Shown: positions 62,161-64,000 of the stretch, in pieces
Position numbering within the stretch: position 1 is the first letter of the stretch
Layout of the letters: each line of letters begins with the position of its first letter
NCBI GenBank assembly: GCA_003427395.1
Contig: BFEA01000013.1
Location: 465,326 to 529,325, forward strand
Direction of reading: 5' to 3'
Length of the DNA stretch: 64,000 nt
DNA from: Chara braunii
Taxonomy: Eukaryota; Plantae; Charophyceae
Program-made: the position numbers and the translations under genes
Notes under the pieces: model-generated
What the model was told of the DNA's origin: nothing
What the model saw: only the letters and a program-made list of their open reading frames with translations
Databases searched by the model: none

Positions 62161-64000
62161 TCCATCTCTGGTGAACCATTGGTCTTCTTTTGGATCCATG
62201 TAACGCCTAAATATGACGCGGTATTCCCTCTTGGGTTTTGGCGGTCTTCCTCTACCGACACGCTTAGGAACAAGCATGTCTTTGTGCTCCAAAATGTTGT
62301 CGACGTCCACGTGGTCTCCCATGGTTAGGGACAACATTTATCTCATTGATGCGAAATGTTGTGTCTCAGCAAAAGATGCAAGCTTTGAGCAGTGAAACAC
62401 AGGGTAAGTGCGTAAGTGACCAGGGATTCAAATCACATACGATGGGCCATCTTACCCAAAATATCCAAGACTTCCCAATGACCAAAATATTGAGGCATCA
62501 GTGTTTCTGGAGATGCCGAATTTTTGTCCTAACTCACTAGACTTAACCCAGACACGTTCCCCTTCATGAAATGTGGATTGTTGCTGATGTTTGTTCTCAT
62601 AAGCAATCATTGGTTTTTGAGATTTTTGAATGTGTTTGATAGTTTGCTGCAGCAACTTCTCATACTGGACTCCAAATTCTATAGTTCCAAGAGTTGCAGA
62701 AGATCGGTTTTTAGGCAGGACGAAGTCTAGAACAGATATAGACTTTCATCCGAGGTTCAACTGATTCGGAGTGACCGCGATGGTGTTGTGCACAACATTG
62801 TTGTACAGGCTGGCAATTAGAGGTAACTTATCATCCCAATCATCTTAATATAATGCCTCAATAGATGCTGCATCATTCGGTTCATTTGTTCAGCTTGCCC
62901 GTTAGCTTTGGGATGAATCCCATAAGTCATATGTAGTTGGCTGCCCATCTGTTCTGTAGCCTTCTTCCACATTTCACTAGTGAAACGGACATCTCTATCA
63001 CTAACAATGGTCTTTGGCAGTCCAAAGTCACGCACCCAGTTATCAACAAATAACTTAAGAACGTATTCAATCCTTATGGTCTCCGACATGGCAATCAGTC
63101 CAGCGTACTTAGTAAACCTATCAACTATGACGAAGATATCTCTCTTGTCCCTCTTGCAGGTCACGAGGCTATCCATAAAGTTCAAGGAAACACTCCGTCC
63201 CAAACTCACAAAAATGGGCAAGGGTTTGAGTAACCCAAGCGGAGCTTGAGTTCACGATTTGTCCCGCTAACAGACTTGAGAAGCCTGTACGTACTACTTG
63301 GCTTCGTCTAGCATACCTGGCCACGAATCGTCGTATCGGATTTGCACTAGTCTTTTTATAGCCAAAATGTCCCATTGCGTCATGGCATTCTCCTAAGAAC
63401 AAAGTACGCATAATCTCACTAGATGGAACAACCAATCCCTTAAGCCCTGCCTTTTCAAGAAAGAGTAACCATTCCACCATCACAAACTCATCAGATGTGG
63501 TTTTGTCTTGGGCCTGAAGTTTTTGTATGATGTCCATCGTGACGGGGTCTTCCTTATAGGCTTCCACCATCGACCGAGTTACATCGTCAGATAATCCAAA
63601 CTCAGTTATTAGCGCACCTAGGTGGTCTGCCCTTCGTGACAATATATCAGCAACCTTGTTATACTTTCCCTTCACATAATTTAGCTTGAAGTCATATTGG
63701 TCTATGACCTCAATCGAGTCTTTGAGTGCATCAGAAAGGAAAGGGTGTTTCTTAATCTACTTCGGCATCTGATGGTCAGTTCTCAAGTAGAAGAACCTTC
63801 TCAATAGATAGTGTCTCCAGTGGACAAGTACTTTATAAAGGGTATAGCGTTCTCTTTCGTAGGTGGACTTCACCAACTTTTTTATGACATTTTCTTACTT
63901 ATGTACTCGATCGACCTCAACTTCTTCCCTTTGTGTTGACCCAGCACCACGCCAGTGCCATATTGGTCTGCGTCGGTGATCACAACAAATGGCTTCTCTC
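62160..64000 (-). pseudogene. pol: Ty3/gypsy chromovirus element C pol: RNase H, integrase, chromodomain (continues beyond the window)
   Basis: KGKYNKVADILSR, HDAMGHFG, IVDRFTK, IVSDRDVRFTS, GQAEQMN, chromodomain DVDNILEHK...EYRVIF...DQW. Multiple stops and frameshifts. Confidence 0.93.

Overview
Eukaryotic, extremely repeat-rich nuclear DNA with N-gaps and many (GA)n/(CA)n microsatellites. A plastid-type rpoB fragment and a plant-type GCS1 suggest a streptophyte; the repeat style suggests a charophyte alga such as Chara, which is inference and was not checked against a database. Only one intact gene is evident: a single-exon mannosyl-oligosaccharide glucosidase I (GCS1, GH63) on the minus strand at 53155-55818. 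The rest is nested transposon debris. This includes four decayed Ty3/gypsy elements (one nested inside another), solo LTRs, hAT-like and Tc1/mariner-like MITEs, a PIF/Harbinger element nested in a CMC-like element, tRNA-derived repeats and a ~0.9 kb foldback. Highlights: (1) a complete type III hammerhead ribozyme at 29909-29964; (2) an apparently unnamed ~100-nt structured RNA conserved, with a re-sequenced but still paired outer stem, in the leaders of two divergent Ty3 elements (17761-17858 and 33903-34011); (3) a G_GGA_AAC -1 frameshift site at a gag-pol junction; (4) a Harbinger transposase split by an internal inversion; (5) a mosaic of captured gene fragments including a plastid rpoB piece.
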